From positions 1 to 38,026 of the forward strand of contig PLCF01000076.1 in NCBI GenBank assembly GCA_003135555.1: a stretch of DNA of 38,026 nt. Reading direction: 5' to 3'. Under the pieces are notes generated by a model. It made no database searches. It was not told where the DNA came from and saw only the letters and a program-made list of their open reading frames with translations. Both the position numbers and the translations under genes were made by a program. Shown here piece by piece: positions 16,542 through 24,652 of this stretch (within the stretch, counting starts at the first letter, position 1; each line of letters opens with the position of its first letter). Source of the stretch: Vulcanimicrobiota bacterium (lineage in GTDB: Bacteria; Vulcanimicrobiota; Vulcanimicrobiia; Vulcanimicrobiales; Vulcanimicrobiaceae).

Positions 16542-17357
16542 GTGGATCAAGAGCCATGGGTGCGGTCGATGATGGCGGCAATTTGGGGCGGTTCTGCCCT
16601 GATGATACTGATTCTGAATTTGAATTGGAGACCGCGATGGCGGGACCGAATCAGCCCGTGGTTTGTTAATCCACGGCCACCGGCTACCGACCGCCTGGAA
16701 CACGCACTCCGCCTTCGCGAGCGGCTGGAGCAGCCATTTCCGTCGAACCTGAGCGGTCTTTACGGTGGCATTGGACTCTTGGCCGCCGGATTGGCACTAA
16801 CGACTCGAATCTCTTTGTCGCTACTGACCGCGCTATTGACGCTGGCATTGGCGATCGTGTTGTTGATCGGCTACCGTACGTCGCCGCGTCCCGGCGGCAA
16901 GCGCGTTGCGTCGCTTCGCGTCCGAGACCCATTGTCCGTCTTGCCGTGGTACGTCTACGCGTTGCCGGCGGTGGCGGCGTTGTCCCCGTTGTCGCTTTTG
17001 CCTTCGGCGCCTGTTATGGCAGTGGTGATGATGTGCTCCTCGCTGCTCATCGTTGCAGTCGCATGGCTCGTTGCTCGGCTGCCGGCCCTTGTGAGAGGAG
17101 ACGATGTGACAGTGGAGTCATTCGTGGATAAGCGCATTCGCCGCGCCCGGATACTAGGTATGCTTCAGCTGGCCGCGCTGCCGACGTATACGCTCTATAC
17201 GTTCAATAGTAAGCAATTGTTCGATCAGGGCGGCTTCGCAGTCTTAGCATGGCCGTTCGTGATGATTTCCTACATGGCTATGACGCTTATGCCGCTCTTT
17301 TATTTGCGTAAGCCGAGTGCCAAGGAGCTTCAGAATTGGTCGGCCGATGCGGGATGA
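16542..17357 (+). CDS. Hypothetical multi-pass membrane protein
   Basis: About 6-7 hydrophobic segments and more AT-rich codon use than neighbours. GTG 16542 is preferred because TTG 16515 falls in the -10 box. Overlaps the GntR gene. Confidence 0.7.
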   Translation: MDQEPWVRSMMAAIWGGSALMILILNLNWRPRWRDRISPWFVNPRPPATDRLEHALRLRERLEQPFPSNLSGLYGGIGLLAAGLALTTRISLSLLTALLTLALAIVLLIGYRTSPRPGGKRVASLRVRDPLSVLPWYVYALPAVAALSPLSLLPSAPVMAVVMMCSSLLIVAVAWLVARLPALVRGDDVTVESFVDKRIRRARILGMLQLAALPTYTLYTFNSKQLFDQGGFAVLAWPFVMISYMAMTLMPLFYLRKPSAKELQNWSADAG

Positions 17358-17733
17358 ACCGTATGTCGCGGTAGATCCCGACGCGGAGACGGCACCATAT
17401 CAGCAGATCTTCGAGCAACTTCGCGCCGCGATCGAACGGCGCGCGCTCGCACCCGGCGAAGTCCTTCCGACGGTCCGCCAGCTGGCGGCGGATCTCGGCG
17501 TCGCGCCGAACACGGTCGCCCGGGCGTATAGCGACTTACAAGCCGGGGGATTGATCCGCTCGGACGGTCGGCGCGGAACGCGCGTTACCGACGGGAGTCG
17601 TGCGCTAACAGCCCGCGTTCGCAATAAGACCCTGCAAGAGGCCGTGACGCGCTTCGTCGCGACGCTTTCGCAGCGGGGCTACTCGCGCGGGGAAATCGGC
17701 GCCGCTCTGGACCGTATTCTCGCGGGCTCGTGA
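17347..17733 (+). CDS. GntR family regulator, YtrA subfamily
   Basis: PYQQIFEQL...LPTVRQLAADLGVAPNTVARAY...GRRGT winged HTH with a short helical C-terminus (128 aa). Confidence 0.9.
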   Translation: MRDEPYVAVDPDAETAPYQQIFEQLRAAIERRALAPGEVLPTVRQLAADLGVAPNTVARAYSDLQAGGLIRSDGRRGTRVTDGSRALTARVRNKTLQEAVTRFVATLSQRGYSRGEIGAALDRILAGS

Positions 17734-17927
17734 CTTGGTGCGCTTTTAGGCATTTGGCCGCGTGAGCACGACTGTTCGCCCTTCGACGGGGCTCAGGGTG
17801 AACTGAGCGGTGCTCGAGCTATGACGACGCATTTGCGCACATCCAAAAAAGACGCTTGTCGAAATGGAGGGGCGGCCGCCGCTGGGGCGGAAGCGGCGGC
17901 TTCAAGGGGCCCTCGAAGGGACGCGTC

Positions 17928-20498
17928 TTGGAATCTGCACTCGTGGAATCTGCACGCGAGAGCGCGCACGCCTATCTCGTGGCGCTGCTCGCAGCCGAGT
18001 TGCGAGAGCTCGACGCGATCGTCGAGCGGGCGCGGCAACGGCTCACGGTCGACGGCGCCGCGCTCGACGCGACGATCGCGGAGATCCGGCGTCAGGTGGC
18101 CGCTGTGGAGAAGGCGCGCGACGGTACAGCGGTGCTCCAAGAGGCCTCAAATGCCGTCGCCGATCACGCCGGCGCCCTGGCGTCGATCTACTCGCGGCTG
18201 CCGTCGGTCAACGCGACGTCGATCGAGACGCTCGACGCGCTCGGCGCCCGCACGCGTTCGGTCGCCGACGCGTTCAGCGCCCAAGCCGCCATGATGGCGA
18301 AGCTAGACGCTGACTGGAAGCGCATCAACGAGGACGTGCAAGGGATCGCCTCGTCCGGTCGCCGCGCGCGCAGCCTCGCGGTCAATGCGGCGATCGAGGC
18401 GGCGTACGTTACCGGCGGGGGTTTCGGGATCGTGACCGACCGCATGCGCGCGCTCTCGGCCGCGACGCTCTCCGCCGCGAGCGGCGTCGACGCGATCGTG
18501 CGGCGCAACGCCGCGTCGATGCGCAAGGCGACCACCGACATCACGGGCGCGGGCGCCGCGATGGAGGCGTTGCTCGGCGAGTTGCGTCTCGCGCGTGCGA
18601 GTTTCGCGTCCGCGACCGCAAACGCCGTCGCGTTTGGGGATGGGGTAAACCGCGTCGCTGCAATCGCCGAGGAACAGGCGAGAACGCTCCCGCAGATCGC
18701 GGCCGCCGTGAAGAACCTGTCCGACTTGGCGCGTTCGATCGCCGCCGCGGCCGCCGAGGACGCGCACGGTGCCGTGGCCGCCGGGCTCGACGACGCCACC
18801 CGCACGCTCGGGGCCCGGCACGATTTCCGCGACGTTGCGCCGCGCGAACGCCCCGATACGCGCGGCGACGCGCTCGCCGAGTGGATCTGTGCCGCCGCGG
18901 ACGGTACGGAGATGCCGCCGCCGGATCTCGTGCCTGGCGACAGGGCGGCATTCGACGCTGCCGCGACGGTTCTGGCTCGGACGCTCGAGGACGAGCGCAT
19001 CGTCGTGCGCGGGCTGTGCGTCGCGGCTGGGGCGACCGCGAGGACCGGAGTCCTGTGGCGCACCATCCTCAAGGACGTTCGCGCGTTCGGCGCGCAAGTG
19101 TTGCAGCTCAGCACGGTGATCGGGGAGTCGGTCGCTGCGTCGCTCTCGCTGGCGGGCGCGTCGCGCGAGATCGCCGCCGACCTCGACGCGCTCGACGCCC
19201 TTTGCACCTCTGCGCTCGCAGCGTTCGACCGCGCGCTCGATGCGGTGGACGCGGGTCACGAACTGAGCGCCGAGGTCGTTGGTAGCGTGGCGGCGATGGA
19301 GCGCGCGACGACTGATGCGGAAGCACTGCTCGTGCAGATCGGTGAGGTTTCCGCCGATGCTGGGCTGCTCGCGGTCAATGCCGCAGTCGAGGCGGCGCGA
19401 GCCGGCCAGCGCGGCCTGGCGTTTACCGTCATCGCCGATGAGATCGGACGGCTCGCGAGCACGACGCAGAGCGCGAGCGACGCCGTGGTTGAAACGATCT
19501 TGAGTCTGCGCCGGCTCAGCGGCGAGCTGCAAGCGGGCAGCGAGCGGCAAGACGCCGAGATGCGCGAGGTGCACGACATCGCCGGTGCGGCGCGCGCGAC
19601 CGTCGACGACGCACGGGCGGCGATCGGAGCGAGCGTGGGACGCGGCGTGACGGTCGGTGAGACGAGCGCGCGGGTCGCCGCGTCGCTATCTGCGGTCGCG
19701 CGCGAGATCGCCGCGGTGCGCGACCTCGCAGAGTCCGCCTCGCAGCCGGAGGTCGCGGCGGCGCGCGTCGCGCTCGCGCGCCTGGGCGACGAGGCGCTGC
19801 ACGTGACCGAGCGGCGACGGCTTGGCTTACCCGAGGAGCGGCTTCGCGACGCGACGCGCGCTCTCGCGCAGAAGGTCGAAGCGGCGCTCGAGGAGCTGGT
19901 CGCGGCTGGGCGCACGACCGCAGACGCGATGACGGTCACCGACTACCGCGAGCTGCGCGGTGAGCTCGTCGAGCGGCTGGCGACGTTCTTCGACGTGAGC
20001 GACGCGCCGCGTGACGGCTTCTCGCCGCCCAAGTACTGCACGTCGTGGGATCACCTCGTCGACGGCGCGCTGCTGGGGGTATTGGACGCAACGATGCGCA
20101 CGCATCCCGGTGCGATCCACGCTTCGGTATTCGACCTGAACAGCTTCGCGATCGCGTTCCCGACGCAGCTGCAGAACGTGCGCCGGCCGGACGGCCGCGT
20201 CGACTGGTCCCGCTGGGGAGGAAAGGCATTCTACACCGACGAGCAGACGCTGCACGCCGCGCGTATGGGCCTCGGTATGGACACCGATCGGCTTCCGCAG
20301 CGCATGACGCGCGCTGACTTCGCCGCGCGCGGTATCGATCTGCGGGTGCGCAAGCCGCGTCCATGGCACGTGCGCACCACGATTCTGCGCGGCCAGCGCG
20401 ACGCTTCGCGCGGTGCCTCCGCCCCGGTCTACGTCGGAGGCATTCGCATCGCTACGGTGGTCCTCATGGAGCGCGCCGAGACGAGCGGCTCGGGCTGA
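17928..20498 (+). CDS. Soluble methyl-accepting chemotaxis-like protein with two MCP signalling domains and a C-terminal globular domain
   Basis: LAVNAAIEAA and LAVNAAVEAARAGQRGLAFTVIADEIGRLA motifs, no TM segment. GAAGGGA SD before TTG 17928 (start uncertain). Confidence 0.75.
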   Translation: MESALVESARESAHAYLVALLAAELRELDAIVERARQRLTVDGAALDATIAEIRRQVAAVEKARDGTAVLQEASNAVADHAGALASIYSRLPSVNATSIETLDALGARTRSVADAFSAQAAMMAKLDADWKRINEDVQGIASSGRRARSLAVNAAIEAAYVTGGGFGIVTDRMRALSAATLSAASGVDAIVRRNAASMRKATTDITGAGAAMEALLGELRLARASFASATANAVAFGDGVNRVAAIAEEQARTLPQIAAAVKNLSDLARSIAAAAAEDAHGAVAAGLDDATRTLGARHDFRDVAPRERPDTRGDALAEWICAAADGTEMPPPDLVPGDRAAFDAAATVLARTLEDERIVVRGLCVAAGATARTGVLWRTILKDVRAFGAQVLQLSTVIGESVAASLSLAGASREIAADLDALDALCTSALAAFDRALDAVDAGHELSAEVVGSVAAMERATTDAEALLVQIGEVSADAGLLAVNAAVEAARAGQRGLAFTVIADEIGRLASTTQSASDAVVETILSLRRLSGELQAGSERQDAEMREVHDIAGAARATVDDARAAIGASVGRGVTVGETSARVAASLSAVAREIAAVRDLAESASQPEVAAARVALARLGDEALHVTERRRLGLPEERLRDATRALAQKVEAALEELVAAGRTTADAMTVTDYRELRGELVERLATFFDVSDAPRDGFSPPKYCTSWDHLVDGALLGVLDATMRTHPGAIHASVFDLNSFAIAFPTQLQNVRRPDGRVDWSRWGGKAFYTDEQTLHAARMGLGMDTDRLPQRMTRADFAARGIDLRVRKPRPWHVRTTILRGQRDASRGASAPVYVGGIRIATVVLMERAETSGSG

Positions 20499-20537
20499 CA
20501 CCGTTTACCCTTCGACGGGCTCACGCGCGGCGTGACG

Positions 20538-23222
20538 TCAACTCGGGGGGCCGATGCGGACCTCGACGAGGTTGTCGGGGTGGAAGTAGGTCTGCGCCGC
20601 ACGCTGCACGTCGGCTGCGGTGATGGCGGCGTAGCGGTCGGCGAGCTTGGCGTAGTACGACGGGGCGAGGTCGTCGAGCCCGATGCGTAGCAGGTCGCCG
20701 GCGATCGCGGAGGTAGCCTGCTCGGCGTTGAGCTGCGTCGCGACGACGCGTGTCTTGGCGCGCGCGAGCTCGTCGGCGCTGACCGGCTCGGTCTGCATGC
20801 GGCGCAGCTCGGCGCGTACCAGCGACTCGGCCGCGGCGATCTTGGACGGAACGGCGCTGAACGAAACGGTGAACGTGCCGCGGTCGCGATCGGCTTCGAG
20901 CGAGCTGGCCGCGCCGTAGACGAGACCGCGGCGTTCGCGGACCTCGCGGAACAGCCGGGACTCCAGCGATCCGTTCCCGCCGTAGATGGCGTTGGCCAGG
21001 GTCAACGCGTCGTAGTCGGCGGAGCCGCGCGCGAGCGCGGGGGCGCCGAGCTCGACGGTGACGTCCAACGATGCCGTGGTGACTACGCGCGTCTGCGGCG
21101 CGGGGAGCGGGATGGGCGGCAGGTGCAGGTCGGGCGCTGCGCCGCTGGCGGTCCAGTCGCCGAAGCGCGCCGCCACCTCGCGCGCGACCTCCGCCGGATC
21201 GACGTCGCCGACGACGACGAGCGTGGTGAGGTCGGGGCGCACGTATTGCAGGTGATACGCCTTGACGTCGTCGAGCGTGACCGCGCCGATCGATTGTTCC
21301 GTCGGGACGCGCAATGCCGGGTCGCCGGCCGGATAGAGTGCCGCGTCGAACTGCCGCTGGGCCTCGAAGCCGGCTTGCAGCGCGCGCCGGCCGGTGAAAC
21401 CCGCCATCTGCGACTTCACCAGCGCGAACTTGTCGGGTGGCAGCAACGGGTGCCGCACGTCGTCCGCGAGGGCGTCGAGCAACGCCGTGAAATCACGCGC
21501 CCGCCCGTGCGCCGAAAACGACAGCCCGAAGGAGAGGTCGGCGGCGCGGTCGTCGGCGAGCTTGCGCTGCGCGTCGTAATCGTACTTGGCGCTGCCCCAG
21601 TCCATGAGCGCCGAGGTCAGCTCGCCCAAGCCTTCTTTGCCGCGCGGGTCGGAGGCCGGTGACGTGCGGACGAGTCCGTGGACGAAAACCGTCGGATTGG
21701 TCGCGATGCGTTGCACCAACAGCCGCAAGCCGTTGGGCAACGTCAGGATGACGGGATCGACGGCGCTGCGCAGCGCGAGCGGCTTTGCCAACGCCGTGCG
21801 CATCCAGGCCGGCTGCACGAGCGGACCGCTCGAGACGCGGTCCCCGAACTTGTCGGTGACCGACGACGTCACGTTGTCCGGCGGTTGCCCCTTCTCGGAA
21901 TCCGAGGTCGTCGGCTCGAGCACCGCGACGACGCTGGCCTTGGCGTAGACGCGGCGTGCGACCGCGGTGGCTTCGTCGCGGGTGATCACACCGTAGAGCG
22001 CTTCGAATTGCGACGGGTCGGTGTCGCCTGGAAAAACCATGTTCGAGCCGACCGCGTCGCCGAGTCCGACGATCGAGTCGCGTGCGTAGATCATCGAAGC
22101 GAGCTGGGAGCGTTTGGAGGCGTCGAACAGATCGCGGTCCAGACCTTTGGCGAGGGCCTCCGCCATGCTCTTCTCGTACGCTGCGCGCACCTCCGAGGGC
22201 GTGTGCCCGGGCGCGACCACGAGCATGACGTGAATGACCGAAGCCCGGCGATCCTCGAGCGGGTTGGGGTTGTAGGCGAGAACCAACCCGCGCTCGACCA
22301 GGGCCCGAAACGGTCCGCGCGGGTTGAACAGCGCGCCGAGCGCGATGTCGTTGCGCACCTGATCGTGCTCGTACGGTTTCGCGTTGCCCGGGGCGGCATA
22401 CGCCTCATCGACCATCGTGTACGGAAAGCTCGCGCGATCGGTGTAGGTAGCTCCCGCGGCGGGCTTGAGGGGGTACGTGCGGCGCGCCGGGAGCGGCGCG
22501 GCGGCGATGGCCCCGAACCAGCGCTCGCACTGCGCGAACACGTCGGCCGAACGCACGTCGCCGGTGACCACGAGCGTTGCGTTGTTGGGACGGTACCAGG
22601 CGTCGTAGTAGCGCCGCAGATCGGCGACGGTCGCCCGTTCGATGTCCGCCTTCACGCCCAGCGCCGTCGCGCCCAGACGCGAACCCGGATAGACGCGCTG
22701 GTTCACCGCAAAGATGAAGGCGCTCACCGGATTGCTGTGCTTTTGCGCGTACTCCTCGAGGACCGCGCCGCGCTCGAGGTTCCAGTCGGCGGGATCGAGC
22801 TTGAGCCCGCGCATCCGGTCGGCCTCGAGATGGAGGATCGTTTCGACCCGATCCGCCGGCACGACGAAGTAAAATTGCGTCAGCTCGTTCTCGGTCTCGG
22901 CATTGACCTCGGCGCCCAGGCGAGCGGTCATGTCGTCGAGGCCGGCGCTGCTGAGGTCGTGCGTGCCGCGGAACATCATGTGTTCGAGGGCGTGTGCGAG
23001 TCCGGTTTTTCCGGGCGTCTCGTCGAGCGCACCGAAGCGGTACCATAGGTGGACCTGGGCGACCGGCGCGGCGTGATCTTCGATCACCACCACCTTCAAG
23101 CCGTTCGCGAGCGTATGCGTCTGCGGCGCCGGCGGCGTGGCCGCGGCTTGGGCGGCGGGAGCGAGCGGCGAACACAGGAGCAGCGCAACGGCCAGCGCGG
23201 CGGCAAGGCGGCGGATCGGCAT
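20538..23222 (-). CDS. Secreted M16 family zinc peptidase (pitrilysin/PqqL-like)
   Basis: Signal peptide, inverted zinc motif HXXEH (GLAHALEHMMFRG), two-lobed M16 architecture. Confidence 0.92.
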   Translation of the reverse strand: MPIRRLAAALAVALLLCSPLAPAAQAAATPPAPQTHTLANGLKVVVIEDHAAPVAQVHLWYRFGALDETPGKTGLAHALEHMMFRGTHDLSSAGLDDMTARLGAEVNAETENELTQFYFVVPADRVETILHLEADRMRGLKLDPADWNLERGAVLEEYAQKHSNPVSAFIFAVNQRVYPGSRLGATALGVKADIERATVADLRRYYDAWYRPNNATLVVTGDVRSADVFAQCERWFGAIAAAPLPARRTYPLKPAAGATYTDRASFPYTMVDEAYAAPGNAKPYEHDQVRNDIALGALFNPRGPFRALVERGLVLAYNPNPLEDRRASVIHVMLVVAPGHTPSEVRAAYEKSMAEALAKGLDRDLFDASKRSQLASMIYARDSIVGLGDAVGSNMVFPGDTDPSQFEALYGVITRDEATAVARRVYAKASVVAVLEPTTSDSEKGQPPDNVTSSVTDKFGDRVSSGPLVQPAWMRTALAKPLALRSAVDPVILTLPNGLRLLVQRIATNPTVFVHGLVRTSPASDPRGKEGLGELTSALMDWGSAKYDYDAQRKLADDRAADLSFGLSFSAHGRARDFTALLDALADDVRHPLLPPDKFALVKSQMAGFTGRRALQAGFEAQRQFDAALYPAGDPALRVPTEQSIGAVTLDDVKAYHLQYVRPDLTTLVVVGDVDPAEVAREVAARFGDWTASGAAPDLHLPPIPLPAPQTRVVTTASLDVTVELGAPALARGSADYDALTLANAIYGGNGSLESRLFREVRERRGLVYGAASSLEADRDRGTFTVSFSAVPSKIAAAESLVRAELRRMQTEPVSADELARAKTRVVATQLNAEQATSAIAGDLLRIGLDDLAPSYYAKLADRYAAITAADVQRAAQTYFHPDNLVEVRIGPPS

Positions 23223-23336
23223 ATCCCCGTCTACTTAGCGGACAGGCTCACGGTTCCATGGGTGCGGTGGCGGCCCGTCGTCAGGGTTGCTTGGGACCGG
23301 CGCGAACCTCGACGAGGTAGGTCCCCCTCGTGCCGC

Positions 23337-24203
23337 TTAGCCGCCGGACGGCGTGAAGCCCGCCGCCGCGTAGGCCGCGGCGGTCCGCAGAATCGTGCGG
23401 CATGGTGCCAGGCCGATGAGCTCGCTGCGCCGGATGGCGACTCCCGCGCGCGCGGCGGCGCGGCGCACCAGCTCAGTCACTCGATACAACGGCACCGCAT
23501 CGACGTCGGTGAGGTTGCACGAGACTTGGACGCGGTCGCTATCCAGCCGCAGGCCCAAGCACTTGAGCGTTCGCAGGCCGCCGCCGGTAGCGCGCAGGCC
23601 GGCCGCGATTCGCTTGGCCAGCGCGAGATCGCCGCTCGCGAGCTCGACGTTGTAGGCAATGAGCAACCTGCGCGCGCCGATCGCGATCGCGCCGGCGCTG
23701 GCGTGGACGGCGTCGCCGTAGTCGAAGCGCCAGCGCCCGCCCGCGGCGAGCCGCTCGGCGAGCCCCTCGAACTCACCGCGGCGAACGTCGGCGAGATGCT
23801 CGCGGTGCGGCGCCGCGGCCGCGGCCCCGTACAGGTACGAGGGGATGCCCAGCTCGCGCCAGATCCGGCCCGCGGCGCGGTGCGCGAGCGTGACCGCTTC
23901 GTCGAGCGTGGCGTCGCCGAGCGGAACGAACGGTAGCACGTCGAGCGCGCCGATGCGCGGGTGCGCGCCGCGATGGCGACGCAGGTCGATCCGATCGTGC
24001 GCCGCGCGCGCCAGTGCGACCGCCGCGGCGACCACCTGCGCGGCACTGCCGACCGCGGTGATCACGCTGCGGTGGTGGACGGGATCGCTGGTGCGGTGGA
24101 CGACCCGCGCGCCCGCGGCCTGCATAGCGTCGGCGCACGCCTCGATCACCGTCGGGTCACGTCCCTCGCTGAGGTTGGGGACGATCTCGAACGCGTGTGT
24201 CAC
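23337..24203 (-). CDS. Glutamate formiminotransferase (FTCD N-terminal-type)
   Basis: VPNLSEGR, DPVHHRSV, HRGAHPRIGALDVLPFVP and VRRGEFEGL motifs. GTG 24203 overlaps the upstream stop. Confidence 0.85.
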   Translation of the reverse strand: MTHAFEIVPNLSEGRDPTVIEACADAMQAAGARVVHRTSDPVHHRSVITAVGSAAQVVAAAVALARAAHDRIDLRRHRGAHPRIGALDVLPFVPLGDATLDEAVTLAHRAAGRIWRELGIPSYLYGAAAAAPHREHLADVRRGEFEGLAERLAAGGRWRFDYGDAVHASAGAIAIGARRLLIAYNVELASGDLALAKRIAAGLRATGGGLRTLKCLGLRLDSDRVQVSCNLTDVDAVPLYRVTELVRRAAARAGVAIRRSELIGLAPCRTILRTAAAYAAAGFTPSGG

Positions 24204-24652
24204 TTGACGATGTCGGCACCCCAGCCGCTGTACTCGCCGTGATAGTGCCGAGCGACGGCATCGAAATATCGGCGGGCGCGCCGCGCATGCTCCAGCGAGG
24301 GTGCGGCTCGGTCGGTCGCGACGAGCCAATAGCGCGTTTCCTTTCGCCCGTCGGGCAGCTTGCCCAGCGGCAGTTGCACCGACGCGCCATAGCCGGCCGA
24401 TCGCAATTGGCGCGCCGCCGTTTCGGCGTCGCTGCGTGACGGGATGTAGAGGCTGTAGAGCACGCGCGCGGGCTTGTTGACGTCCGAGCCCGCGGCGACC
24501 AGTTCCCGAACGATCTCTCGGTCGAAGGCATCGGGATCGTCCGGGAGGCGTTTAATCTCCCCCGTCGTTTGGGTGCAAGCGGTGACGCTCAGCGCGATTG
24601 CGACCAGCGCGGCGCGTCGCGATACCCGCAATCCCTCACCGCAGATAGGCAT
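24200..24652 (-). CDS. Putative lipoprotein with RraB-like domain
   Basis: RRAALVAIALSVTAC lipobox-like N-terminus. The DREIVRELVAAGSDVNKP...YHGEYSGWG pattern resembles RraB. Start uncertain (ATG 24652 or TTG 24631). Confidence 0.6.
   Translation of the reverse strand: MPICGEGLRVSRRAALVAIALSVTACTQTTGEIKRLPDDPDAFDREIVRELVAAGSDVNKPARVLYSLYIPSRSDAETAARQLRSAGYGASVQLPLGKLPDGRKETRYWLVATDRAAPSLEHARRARRYFDAVARHYHGEYSGWGADIVK

Noticed and set aside
17734..17927. Riboswitch or sigma28 promoter upstream of the chemoreceptor
   Set aside because: Only one GC-rich hairpin (GCCGCCGCT/AGCGGCGGC) is present. There is no recognisable c-di-GMP aptamer core and no properly spaced -35.
17929..17955. TGGAATCTGCAC tandem duplication at the MCP start
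   Set aside because: Two 12-bp copies in frame. A simple local duplication with no evidence of function.
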